Shown here piece by piece: positions 11,845 to 23,720 of a DNA stretch of 64,000 nt. The position numbers and the translations under genes are program-made. How positions within the stretch are numbered: position 1 is the stretch's first letter; the number at the start of each line of letters is the position of its first letter. Origin of the DNA: Camelus dromedarius (Eukaryota); NCBI RefSeq assembly GCF_036321535.1, contig NC_087449.1:28644001-28708000 (forward strand), in the 5' to 3' direction. The notes under the pieces were generated by a model. It was not told the DNA's origin. It saw only the letters and a list, made by a program, of their open reading frames with translations, and made no database searches.

Positions 11845-12060
11845 TAGGAAGTTTTCATGGTTAAAACATTTGAATACTGGATTCAAATCCTGGTTCTACA
11901 CTTACTTAATATCTGACTTTCATCAAGCTATTTAACTTCTCTGAATCTCAGTTTTCATGCTGTTAAATAGGGATGTTAATAATTGGATCTACTGTACAGG
12001 GTGCTTGTAGGCATGATATGAGATACAGCACTGGGCTCAGAGTAAGAGTTCATCGAATCT
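11845..12060 (+). mobile_element. MIR SINE
   Basis: ggattcaaatcctggttctacacttac ... ttctctgaatctcagttttcatgctgttaaataggg. Confidence 0.75.
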
Positions 12061-13349
12061 TAGTGATGATCATTTTCATTTAGATCCCTAACCCTCCACC
12101 CATCACACAGACGAGGATACTGAGGCTCGGGGGCGGTGGGGGGGAGGCCACAGGCGTTGACTTGTCCAGTGTTAAACAGCTAATGACAGACAGAGGCAGG
12201 TATAGAATCTAATCTTCACTGTATCCTGTTCCACTGGGACCCAGATCTGAGACTCAAGTCTACCCTTGAGTTGTCCTTCAACCAGATACACACCTGTCTT
12301 TCTGCTTTCTCTTGTCCATGTCTCCTTGGTCAGGCCCCTTCAGATTCTAGGAATCCGACCAACATGGGGCTGGGTAAAGGTCACAGGTGCTGGAGTTAGT
12401 CATTCAGAGCTCAGAGCCTGGCCTTTCAGTCTCACTCTCTGAGTGTTGTCTGGCAAATCCCAAATCTGAGGGTGTTACTTCCTCTGCCTCCAGCCTTCAG
12501 TGGCTCCCTATTGCCTCAGGACCGAGCCCAAGTCCTTCCCATGGCTGACCCTCCGTCTCCTGGCTTGGGCAGCCCAGTCCTAGGGAATCACTTGCGGGCA
12601 CCCGTGTGTGCCACACTCGCGTTCTTTCCTGAGCCTTCACATGTGCTGGGACATGGTTTATTAGACATATGGTGCTGAGTGACTCGAAGCTCTTCCAGCT
12701 TTCCAGAGCTGTGTCTCCAGAACTCCCAGGACAGAATTCCTGGGGACTAGGGAGCAGCAGGGGGAAGGCCCACCCTTTCCACAGCTGCCTGTCCTTTGCC
12801 TTGGCCACCCTTATCTTGCTCCCAATGGAGAGCACACTGCCTGCTGGGCAGGTTTTTTGTCCATGGGACTGTCTTCCACTCAATGTGAAAATATGTTTTT
12901 GCCGGACTCTCTCTCTGCTCTGCCTCTGAGCACCCTGCGCGTCCCCATGATGTCACCCATCACAAGGGATCACCGTCCTCTTTGCCTGTCTGGGAGCTCC
13001 AGGAAGCACAGACCACATCTATTTTGCCCCACAATGTAGCTTCCGTCCTTGGCAGTAGGGAACCAATAAATATTTGCTGAAGGACTGAAAAAATGAACAG
13101 ATCCAGGGTTGGAGCAGTGGCAGAGAGGCAGACAGGCATGCGTCCAGGAGAATGTGTGGTCCCCAGTCCTGGCTCATCTGACGTCTTTTGCGCAGCTGAT
13201 GCTAAACATCGGGCCTAGCCTTTATTTTTCTCATTATGTTTAAAACCCACCAGTTGCCCGATAGTATAATTTTCTAAGTGGTTTCATTTCAGCTCTGCTA
13301 ATTGAAGAGAACCAAGCTCTTTTTGAAGGCTTACTTTGTGTGTGGCTGT

Positions 13350-13505
13350 NNNNNNNNNNNNNNNNNNNNNNNNNNNNNNNNNNNNNNNNNNNNNNNNNNN
13401 NNNNNNNNNNNNNNNNNNNNNNNNNNNNNNNNNNNNNNNNNNNNNNNNNNNNNNNNNNNNNNNNNNNNNNNNNNNNNNNNNNNNNNNNNNNNNNNNNNNN
13501 NNNNN
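13350..13505. other. N run (156 nt)
   Basis: Directly seen. Confidence 0.99.
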
Positions 13506-14224
13506 TTCCAGGAGCTGAAATGTAGATTTCTTTTGCGGTTTCAAATTCCAATGCTCCGTGGCTCAGAGTTGCTTGTGGGGGAAGGTCACAGGTTTGGAAG
13601 TCAGGCCTCCTGGACCCCAGGTTTGAGTCCATTGCTTCCCCACCCACTTCTCCAGCCGAGAGAACTTGATATAATTTAGTCAGTTTCTGGGTATATTTCC
13701 TGAGACAGTTAAAGGGGCTGTGAGAACTTTGCACCAGAGACGATGATGAGAATTAGGGAGATAATGAGAAGACCTAAGTGAGAACAGAACCTTGGGAAGC
13801 AGCTGAGCCGCACACTGCGTGCAGATTCCCCAGGCATCTCATTGTAGGTGGGCCCCCAGAGGGAGCTCTGTGTGGTCGCTTTGCAGGCCCTGGGGATCAG
13901 GCAGACCTGCCTGCAAACCCTAGCCCTGCTACTTCACTCACCAGCTGGGAGACTTTGAGTAAATCCCGTGCATCCAGCATTTTCTCACCATTAGTTGGGG
14001 ATCATGATGCCCACTCATCAAGTTGTTAGGGAGATGGAAATTATGTGAACGTTCAGCATAGTCAGTCCTCCAAAAAGGTGAGTTCCTTGTCCTGAGTTTC
14101 ATTTCTGGCTCCTCTACTTCCTGGCCAGGTGACTTTCAGCAATGCACTCACTGCCCCTGGACTCAGGCTCTTCGCGTGTACGGCAGAGATGGTGACTGAC
14201 GCAGCAGGGCACACGTGGTGAACC

Positions 14225-14460
14225 TTGCCCTGTGCCGGGTATTCTTAGTATTTATTACTTTACATCCATTAACTTATTTACTCAGAGTCATCCTATGAAA
14301 TTGGCATCCTCATCATCCGCATTGCACAGCTGAGGACACAGAGGCACAGAGAGGTTGAGTAACTTGCTGAAGGTCCCACAGTTAATAAGAGAGAGGTGGG
14401 AGTCTAACCCAGTCTGTCTGGCTCTGTAGCCCACAGTCTTAACCATCACTTCACCCTGCC
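14225..14460 (-). mobile_element. MIR SINE
   Basis: cagctgaggacacagaggcacagagaggttgagtaacttgctgaaggtcccacag. Confidence 0.8.
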
Positions 14461-15499
14461 AACCATGATGCTATACCTCTTACCTTGCAGAGCTGTTGTG
14501 AGGTGCAGGGAGACTAAATAGAGAATATCTACGATGTTTTGGCTGTTCAGTCAGTATTACTATTATTATGTTGTATCTCCTTGGAGCTTTGCACAGCCTA
14601 GGTTTAATAAACACTTATTTTATTGCTGCTTTTGGCCATATGTCTGCTTCTGATTAAGCTTTGATTTTCAGGACCAGGCATTTATCTGGAGCTGTTGTCT
14701 TTTTACAAAGCTGGGATGTCATGAGCAATACACCAGGACCTTCCTAGGAACCCTCGCACTGTGTCTTTTGTATGGGTTCTTTGTTGGTGGTCAAGCCGTT
14801 GGAAAGAATGACATTAAATAAGGAACTGAGCTGTGTGGTAGAGGTGGGTCCTCCTTGAGCACAGGGAAGGTGAGGTCAGGTCTGCAATTTTCTCTGGCTC
14901 CGGGAACAAATAGTCCTCCTGCTTCTCTAAGCCGGAAAATCTCGAGAGATGTGGGGATTGGGGGTGACCTCCAGCCTGCTGGCGATGACACACAAAGCTG
15001 AGAGCAGTTTTTAAGGTCTCCTCATCATTTTGCTCTCTCTTTAAAAATTAAATGCCCGACACAGAGGTGTTTTATTCCCAGACCAGCTGGCCTTTAAAAG
15101 GATGGCTTAGAAGTGAGAATGCCTCGTGGCTTCCTGACCTCGGGAGTTTTCAAGGGTGGAAAAGGCCACGGGAAGGAAGAGTGACCTCATTCTCTGTGTC
15201 GACTTAATGAAAAAGAAATGAAGGCATCAGTCTTAATGACTGAGTTGTCTAGTGAGGAAGCCATGGGAGAGGTCCAGGAGCAAGGATGTGGCAGGGGATT
15301 CAGGACTCAGTGGGACGGGAGGTCGGTCGGCTCTGTGTGACACAGTAGGAATGGGATGGGCACTGGGCTGGGAGCGGGAAGGCCTCAGTTCTCACCTCAA
15401 GTCTGCCACTAACTGTCTCTGTGATCGTTGGTAAGTTTCTGATCCCTTTGAAGTCTCTAACACCTTTGAAGGTGTTATATTCTGTGTTTAGCCTGTGAA

Positions 15500-15620
15500 C
15501 AATACAGTAAAATGGTTAAAAGCGAACTTCGGAGTAAATCCTATTTGCACCACTTCCCACCTGGGTGATTTGGGTAAGTTACTTATCTCTCGAGCCTCAG
15601 TTTTCACATCTGTAGGATGA
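15500..15620 (+). mobile_element. MIR SINE fragment
   Basis: ggtaagttacttatctctcgagcctcagttttcacatctgta. Confidence 0.7.
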
Positions 15621-17249
15621 AGGTCTTGGAGGCCGCACCTTTGCTTACTCTGCCCTTAGAACGCCCCCATCACCCTTTTCCACCCTGATCCCTACATTTT
15701 TGCCTGCCTACGCCATGTTCCTCCTTTGGAATTCAGCTCTAACTGCCCTTCGAGTGCAAAATCTTTCTTGATGCCCAGACTGATTGAGACGCACCCCAAC
15801 CCCGCTGTCCTGGTGCTCTCATCACCCCTAGGGGACTTCTCCCTCTCTGTGGGGACCTTGGGAACCTGAGTCCACTTCCTCCCCAGCTCCTCAGAGCCTG
15901 CCCTGGACCTGATCCCCAGGTGCGGTCTCTAAATGCTTGTTGATGGAATGAATTTCTTCTCGGTTCTGAAATTCTATGCTGCTGAGTTTATTTGCCTTTA
16001 CTGGTACCTAATTTCCAAAAACAGACCCCCCAAATACAGTTTTCTTCCTTTCCAAAGAGGTAGTAATTATAATCCTTTACATTGGTATAAAAATTGATAC
16101 TTGACAGAACAGTTTTCACACTTGTTACTTAGTACCCTACTACTGAGTGGTTTACCAACACTTGAGTTTCAAAATAATTCAAGGCCACAGCTGGATTTTA
16201 TCCAAATAGATTTAGTTTTTGAACTACTGGAACCATCTGCAGGTAACACATCCTTGCCTGGAACTGACCATATTCGCAGGACTACTGCCCTGTCCTCCAC
16301 CCCAGATGGTCTTTTCATCAAGCTCTGAGGTCTCAGTGACTCCCAGGTCATGGGCCAGTTTAGGCTGCTTGTCTGGTTTCTAAGCAACAGTGTCTGCACC
16401 AGGTACATGACTTCCAAATTCACAGCCTCCTGGAGGAGACTGCTGTTGACAGAGTTGTCAGCAGGGGGACAAAAGGAATGCAAGATTGTCCAACAGGAAT
16501 AAATCTCAGAGAGTGTTTTGCCAAGCCATCCAAGCATTCATACATTTGCTGCTGCAAGCAAGATACTGGGGAGGGAAGGAGAAGGAATGGGGAGAAAGGG
16601 GCAGAGGAAGAGTCGAGTCCGCCTTGCACTGTGGGCAAATCGGTGCTCTTCTCTCCCACCACACCCAGCTTCTCCCTCCCTTCCAGAAGGCCTTGTGTGA
16701 GCTGCATGTGGTGTCCTTCCCCTCCTCATTTGTTTTCTCTCTGTGCCTTTGCCCATTGTCGCTTAGGCTCCTGATGGGCTACCTGAGTGGTCCCAATGCC
16801 GTTGGTGCGGGGCTTGAAGACACTGCTGCGCGCAAGCTGTAATTTACTAAGCAGATCTCCCTCAACCACGTGCTGTCTTACCTGGGCTCTCCTTTGCTAC
16901 TCGAGTCTGTTTCTAGACCTCACTTTAATTTGAATCTGCTGTCCCTCTGCCTGGAATACCCTATCCATCCAAGTTTCTTCCCGTCTTCAAGGCCCACATG
17001 GAGTTTTGTCCCTCCATAAAGCCTCCCCAGACGAATCCATCCTTTGGCAGAATCCACCCTCTCTGATTTTGGATAGCTTTGGGATTAGAACAGAGGGCCA
17101 CGTGGCTCCATTGCCTCCAGCTTCCCTCCTTGTACCTTTTTCCTTTGTGTATTTCAGATCACTTACTTTTAAAAGATTCCAAAGTTGTTGAAGGAAGAAT
17201 GAACTTTTCCCTAGATAGTTCTATGTTTTCAAATGATTCTGCTTTTAGA

Positions 17250-17705
17250 AAGTTCTGCAATCTTGGACAGTCAAAATCTCTTAGCCACAGTTTCCTCCTC
17301 CATAAAATGGGGTAGCAATGGCTATCTTTTGGAGTGCCTGTGAGAATGAAATGAGTCAGGATAACTATCATGGAGGGCTGCGTCTGGCGCTGAGTAGCAC
17401 TCAACAGATACCATCAATAAACACTGGGCTTCTCTAGAAGACTTTGGTAGGAGATTGTGCCAAGGATTAAACAAAGGGTGGTATCATTAGGGTCTGTGGG
17501 GTCATAACGCCTGGGTTCACATCCAAAATCTATCATCCTGTGCCCAGAGCTAGCTGCTTCACCTCTCTAAACTTCAGTTTCCTCCTGTGTGAAATAAAGA
17601 CAATCAGGGGACCTACCTCATAGGGGGTGATACAAAATTAACCATGGAAAGCACTTGGTAAAGTGCCTTGCACTAAGCAAGCTCTCAGCAAATGTCCACT
17701 ATTTT
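17250..17705 (+). mobile_element. Two adjacent MIR SINEs
   Basis: agtttcctcctccataaaatgggg (about 17290) and ttcagtttcctcctgtgtgaaat...acctacctcatag (about 17580). Confidence 0.7.
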
Positions 17706-18334
17706 TGAGGAGGTGGATGGTATTTTCTTTCATTTTCTTAACAGTTCCACTGCCTTCCAGCTGCTCTGATGAGGGAACTGTGGCCCCGTCTGTCATCATG
17801 CCTTTGATGAGTCAGATGACTACAAGTTAGCAAGAATTTCTGTACACCCACCTTAAACCCAGCCTCTGTGCCTTACTTATTTTGTGGCTTTCAGAAAGTG
17901 AACCTCTTTAAGCCTCCTTTTTTAACAGCTGTTGAAACAGGATAATAACATCTACCTTTAATGGTGAAAAAAACCCCAAACAACAAAAACCCCCAAAACC
18001 TAGTACCAGCATACGTGAAAGCACTTTGTGAACTGATACGTGTGCTACAAAGGAAAGTTACCTGTATCTGCTGCTATTACTCTTATTATAATCAACCAAG
18101 CGACATTAGCGTAGCATTGCTCGTGTGCCACTGTGGGTTGGGTCTGAGGAAGTCTCCAACATTTTTTTTTAATAGAGATACTGGCCAACATTTTTTGAAT
18201 AGAATAACTGTAGTCAGTTGAAATGCCTTGCATTCTGAGATGGCCTGAGTTAGTGCTCCAATCGGGCCATCCTAGAATGGTTGAAGCCCAAAGCAATCAA
18301 GAACTGAGGGTGAGCAGTTTGAAGGTCCACCCCA

Positions 18335-18391
18335 TCCTGGCTCTGCCACCCACGTGAATTTAGCCAAGCCATTTCATCTCTCTGGGTCTCG

Positions 18392-18424
<33 letters not shown>

Positions 18425-18500
18425 CTACCAAGTGGGTAGACAACAAGTCTTGAAGGTTCTGTGAAGGTCAAATGAGATGGCCGATGTTAAATTACTAGGG
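18335..18500 (+). mobile_element. MIR SINE with an internal T run (18394-18421)
   Basis: cctggctctgccacc...agccatttcatctctctgggtctcgg then poly(T), then tctgtgaaggtcaaatgaga. Confidence 0.7.
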
Positions 18501-18829
18501 ACATTGGAGCATGTAACGTGTGCTGTGACATTTCCCAGTTTCCCCGCTGGTGTGCAAGATTTTGGAAGGGAGCAACTGTTGTCCATGTTTCCTCAATGCT
18601 TAAACAATGCTCATAAGATCACATTCAGCAGATGCTCAATAGCTGGAAATAGATAAATAGAGCATGGTTGCTGCTCATATTATTAATAAGCTTCACTCTT
18701 TCACCCCCTAAACTCCTTGCTAAAAAAAAAGTGCTGTTCCTCTAATGAGGTGGCCTTTTAAGCTTTACTAGTTGAAGCTACTACCGCCCCTACTACTGCT
18801 GCTAATTGCTATTGCGTATTAAACACCTC

Positions 18830-19005
18830 CTGTATTGTAAACCCTTGTGATAGGCTCTTACTGTGCAGTATTTTTAGCACTCAGGGCACTTCTGCTGTGA
18901 GGCAGGTGCGGAACCTAGGCTCACAGAAGCAAGAGGAAACTTGCTCAAGGGCACGCATCTTACAAATGGAAGAATGAGGGTTTGAACCTAGTTTGTCTGA
19001 TTGCA
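18830..19005 (-). mobile_element. MIR SINE
   Basis: aggctcacagaag...aacttgctcaagggc...gggtttgaaccta. Confidence 0.6.
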
Positions 19006-19241
19006 AATTCTATGCTTGTTTCCCATACCCCGCCACCACTGGGAAGCCAACAAGCGGCCCAATTGTCCTGTAATAGCCCACAGTTGAGTGAGGCAGTGAT
19101 TTCTCCTGTGAGTGGATTAGAAGTAATTCCCACTTTGAGAACGCAGGGGGTGGGAGGAGCAGATAGGCCAAGGTAAAAAAAAAAAAAAGCCAGAGAAGCA
19201 ATCCTTCTTTCAAAGGAAAAAAAAAATCATCTGTATTTGGA

Positions 19242-19381
19242 NNNNNNNNNNNNNNNNNNNNNNNNNNNNNNNNNNNNNNNNNNNNNNNNNNNNNNNNNNN
19301 NNNNNNNNNNNNNNNNNNNNNNNNNNNNNNNNNNNNNNNNNNNNNNNNNNNNNNNNNNNNNNNNNNNNNNNNNNNNNNNNN
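19242..19381. other. N run (140 nt)
   Basis: Directly seen. Confidence 0.99.
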
Positions 19382-20499
19382 TTTGGGATTCCCATGGGGA
19401 CTGTTCTTTGCTGTCAGATGTATAAGGCCATTTAATCTCCTTTATCAGATCTGGTACTGCCGCCCCCACCCCCACCTCCTCTTGCAGACCAATAAAGAGA
19501 ATTTCTTCAGATGCATTGGTCTGAAAACTAGCTTTTAAATACTCCTCCATTCTCCCCAACCTTTGTATTTAATAATCAAGCCAACCAAGGAGGTGTCAAT
19601 GCCTTGAAAAGCAGCCTTGTGCAATTGAGTAGCAATTTTCTCGGGAAATTTATAATTGGAACTTCATCTTCCTTAGGCAGAGACTGGAGGAAGAATTGGC
19701 TAATTATGCCCAGCCAGCTCTGGTCTCACCCAGGCGCTGTGATCTTTGGGGACAAGGTTGGCATTCTTTCCTCAGAAACCCAATGACACCTTTGGTTCTG
19801 GCTGGGAGAGATGGCTAGAATCATTTGAGGGAGAAGGAGAATTTTCTCTGGACAGAACCCTGGTCTCTGCCTGGCCTGTTTGTGGGCCACTTTTGACAGA
19901 ACCAAATAAGTTGGTCGGGGCTCAGAGAGATTGATGTTCAAATCCAGTTCTGTGTTTATGCACCGTGTGCTCTGATGTGTATACATACATGCAGTATGTG
20001 CCAGCCCTGGAACCGGTACAGGGGACCGTGACATTAAGACATGGCCCTGCATTTGGAGAGACCACGATCTCGTGGATAGAAGACATGTCTGAACAGAACA
20101 TGGTAAGTGCCAAGGGGTCACAAAGCAGGCCCTTGGCCCAGTCATGCAGCTCTGAGCAGGCACTTGGAGGAGAGGATGGCTAAGCTGCTGCATCCTTGGG
20201 TTGGTCTCCTCTGCTGTAAGCCTCAGTGTCCTTAGCTGTGAAGTGGGCAGTAATACCCACATGGAAGGGCTGTTTGACGAAATCAGCTATATACTATCTG
20301 TAAAATCCTTAGCCCTGTGTCTACTACGTAATAACTAGTGTTATTTAAAAGAGACAAAGGGGCTGAATAATACCACTAATACTCCTTTTTAATTGCAGTA
20401 TATTCAGTTTACAATGTTGTGTTAGTTTCTGATGTACAGCATAGTGATTCAGTTATGTAGTCTTTTTTATTTGTATGAGAGATCTGGAGAGAACTGTGG

Positions 20500-20690
20500 A
20501 TAAAGATCTGAGAGATCAGCATTTGACTCAAGTCCCTTCTTAGCTGTGTGACCTTAGGGAAGTCACTTCACTCCTCTGAGCCTCAGGCTCCTTTCTGTCT
20601 GAGGGCAATAAGGTCGGGAGGATCAAATCAAACAGTTAAATGGGAAGGGCCCTATGTTATCCTTATAACTATAGGTTTAAATGATGTGAA
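20500..20690 (+). mobile_element. MIR SINE
   Basis: tagctgtgtgaccttagggaagtcacttcactcctctgagcctcag. Confidence 0.8.
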
Positions 20691-22310
20691 AAAGTCAGCT
20701 CTAAAGACGAGAGGGTGTTGGGTTCCCAGGAGGTGAACTGGTGATTGAATAAGCCCCGGGCTTGGTGTAATGAGTGTCTATCTGTAGGATATGATGTTAA
20801 GCAGAAGTTCTCAACCATGGTGGGATGGGAGGAGAGAGACCGCATAACAATTATCCAGGAAATTGTTTCCGAAACATTTGTGTACATATTCCCAGTCCTC
20901 TTCCTCCCCATCCCACTGATTACCCCAACTATATCAGAATCTGCAATGAACACTGGTGATTTGCATTTATAAAAAGCTGATACTGCCCCCTGCCATTTCC
21001 CTAAAGTTGAGTTCTGCAGTTTCCAAGAGCGTTGAAAAGTCCACTTGGTGCTAAACCCACATCATTCTACCTCTTATCATTGTCACTTTAGCCCATTAGC
21101 CTGTCCTGATGCCTAAATGGTGTTCCAGTGGATTAAACACTCAGCCTTCATATTTGGCCTCCATCTCTATCAGTCTATTCGGTGTATCCAGCCAGTATCC
21201 CACAAGCTGGGCAGTTTTAAAACCTGGAACATTGGTTGTTTGAATTATAAGGCTATGGAACCTCTAGGACCATCAGAACTGGGACCTCTCCAAGAACAAA
21301 CCAGGCTTTTAAGAGTCCTGGTGGAACTGAAGTTTCTGTAAGACCCTGAGCTGCGCAGTCATGGGCACAGCCCTGTGCTAGTGATGCCACATTGCGTTTG
21401 CACAGCTCTCCGCTTGCCCACACACTAAGCCAGTGAGCCTCCGGCAGCGCTACCCAGTCGCCAGAGCACGTATTGTTGCCCTGTTTTACATATGAAGTGA
21501 AGGGTTCCAGAGAGGTTAGGTGGTCGCAGTGGGTGAGGATGCAGCCACGTTCATCTGATGGGGAGGCTCCCTGTCCACCGTGTGCCAGGCATGCTTCCTG
21601 CCCAGGGAGCTGTGTCACTGTGGGTGGATGTGACATGGATTGCTTGCCTGTGCCAGTGGCTGTTTCAAACGGGACATGCTTGGGAGCTGCCATCACGTTA
21701 CCAGCTGATGCTGAGAATCTGCTTAAACTTCCATTCTTTGCGACGCAGTCCCTTGAATCGTCCCCATTGTTGGGGGTCAAGTGTTGAGTTGTATGAGGAC
21801 CCTGTGAGCAATGAGTGGGCAGATCATTTCTAGCAATATGTATGTGACCGCGTCACCGGGGAGGAAGCGGCACAGCCCGATAAATTGTGATTCATATTTT
21901 CTCAGGCATGCTGTCGTTCGGTGGACGCTTGGAAAAAGAGAGAAATATGTCTATGTTCATGCGTGTGTATACATTTGTATGTGTGTGAGGGGGTGTGCAT
22001 ATTTTTAAGAAAACTTAATCAACAGCAGAACGTGAGAGAAAACCATAGCTCTCTAAGAATGTTTCTAGGGTTAAAAAAAAAAATCAGTTTCATAGCTTTC
22101 AACCTGGGCTGTCCAGGAGTCACAATGATAATGCCTTATAACTATAACTTAGGCTTGTAAAATGTATTCACATTGATAATAATAATAAATATATTAATTA
22201 TTCATTGCTCAGGACTTACCTAGTCCTAACACTTACTGGACCCCTTTTATATCTCGTTTTATTGAATTCTCCCCGAATCTCTATGGCATGATTATCATTA
22301 TCTCCATTTT

Positions 22311-22440
22311 ATTTATTTTTTGTGGGGGGAGGAGATAATTTAGGTTTGTTCCTTTCTTTATTGAATGGAGGTGCCGGGGTTTGACCTGATGACCCCGTGC
22401 ATGCTAAGCACGCGCTCTGCCATTGAGCTGCGCCTCCCCC
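22311..22440 (-). mobile_element. tRNA-derived camelid SINE (Vic-1-like) inserted in a MIR
   Basis: Minus strand reads ggggaggcgcagctcaatggcagagcgcgtgcttagcatgcacggggtc...ccccggcacctccatt...aaacctaaattatctcc plus an A-rich tail. Degenerate TSD 22295-22310 / 22445-22460. Confidence 0.85.
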
Positions 22441-22803
22441 GATCTCGTTATCGCCACTTTAGACCGGGGAAGTGGGTCCAGTGAGGAAAAGCGCCTTACC
22501 CCACGCTGCGCAGCTGAAAGGACTTACGGGTCTTCAGTAGAGAAGATCTGAAACTCCAAACCCAGTGCTCTCTAAATTTCTACATGGCTGACTCTAGAGC
22601 TACACTTCTATAGGTTTTCATTTTTTTAATTAAGGAAAAACATGGCTGTGCTGAAGGGTTCTTTTCGTTTCTTTCTCCCTCCCTCCTCCCCCTCCTTTTT
22701 CTCCCTCTCTTCCTCTTTCCCAGAAGGAACAAGTCATCTTTGCTTTCCTGCAGTGACAGCCTCTCGTGGCTAGAAGAAAATTTAAAGATCATCTGTTTTA
22801 GAC

Positions 22804-22972
22804 CAGTGGTTCATAACCATGGTTCACGTCAGAATCACCTGGGTTAAAAAAATTCCCGCCTCGATCCCATTCCAGAACAATTAAATCCGAATCTTTGGAG
22901 TCATCAGTGGCTTTTTTTTTTTTTTAAACTCTCCATTTGATTCTAATGTGCATCCAAGATTGAGAACCACTC
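22804..22972. mobile_element. MER5A-like hAT-Charlie MITE
   Basis: Termini cagtggttc ... gagaaccact, internal cagaatcacctggg and gattctaatgtgcatcc. Confidence 0.8.
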
Positions 22973-23239
22973 ATCTGGGGACTCACTGACCATCCTTCTA
23001 CAATATCCCTGCAAAATCATTATGCACCTTGTGTTCCAAGGCCCGCAGCGGTGGAAAGTTTACAGTCCTAGGAGGCAGCTGATTTCATTTTTGAGCTCTT
23101 CTATTTAGGGAATGAACAACCAAGAAAACAAAACAAAACCTTGTTGCAGGTCAAGCAGTGCCACTTCTGTTATCTCATTTAATCCTCATCGGACTTTTAT
23201 TATTATCTCTACAGATGAGGAACCTGAGGCTCATTTATT

Positions 23240-23720
23240 CTTTTCATTCAACAAATGTTTACTCCATTTATACCTGCTTGGTGAAAAGCCTGTTATAAGC
23301 ACTGGACATGCACAGATGAACAAGACAGGCTTGGTCCTGGCCCTCTGGGACTTTTCTTTATCTGGGGAAGTCAATCATCAAAAACCCAGATCACACAGCT
23401 AGCTAACCACAGGTGCACTGATGGTTTGCAGAAGGTGGATCTGGCCTCGTGTGGGTGCAGGGAGACCAGGGAAGGCTTCTTACGCGGAGCACCCCTCTGA
23501 GCTGGGCCCTGAAGGACAGGGAGGAATTGACCAAGGAAGGGGTGGTGCAGTGAGGGAGGCTACTGTGTGTGGAAGGTCACAAGGCAGGAAAGGGCTCAAT
23601 GCTTTGAAGGGACTGGAAGGTGGCCGACATGTCCCCAACACTGGGAGAGGGATTCCAGAGGTTGGCTGCAGCGGAGGGTGGGCAGGCCCCGCCCAGTCCA
23701 CCCACTCAGGCCAAGAGAAG
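23240..23720 (-). mobile_element. L2 3' region
   Basis: ttcattcaacaaatgtttact ... aacaagacaggcttggtcctggccctc ... gggaaggcttc. Confidence 0.7.

Noticed and set aside
12129-12147. G-rich run in a MIR as a possible G-quadruplex
   Set aside because: Does not give four well-separated G3 tracts; looks like homopolymer expansion.
13240-13734. Long ORFs crossing N runs (also near 19227, 26907, 48836, 60025)
   Set aside because: Open only because N codons cannot be stops.
16101-16537. Overlapping 75-aa and 122-aa ORFs with nearby GT donors and an AATAAA
   Set aside because: No recognisable protein in any frame I translated, no TSD or A tail, and no consistent exon boundaries.
19638-19647. TTCTCGGGAA, a STAT6-type TTC-N4-GAA site
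   Set aside because: A single short motif, expected by chance several times in 64 kb.
19726-20262. 178-aa minus-strand ORF
   Set aside because: No recognisable domain and a composition typical of chance ORFs in GC-moderate non-coding DNA.
21253-21787. 175-aa ORF and overlapping ORFs
   Set aside because: Partly overlaps MIR-like sequence; no protein family match and no splice support.
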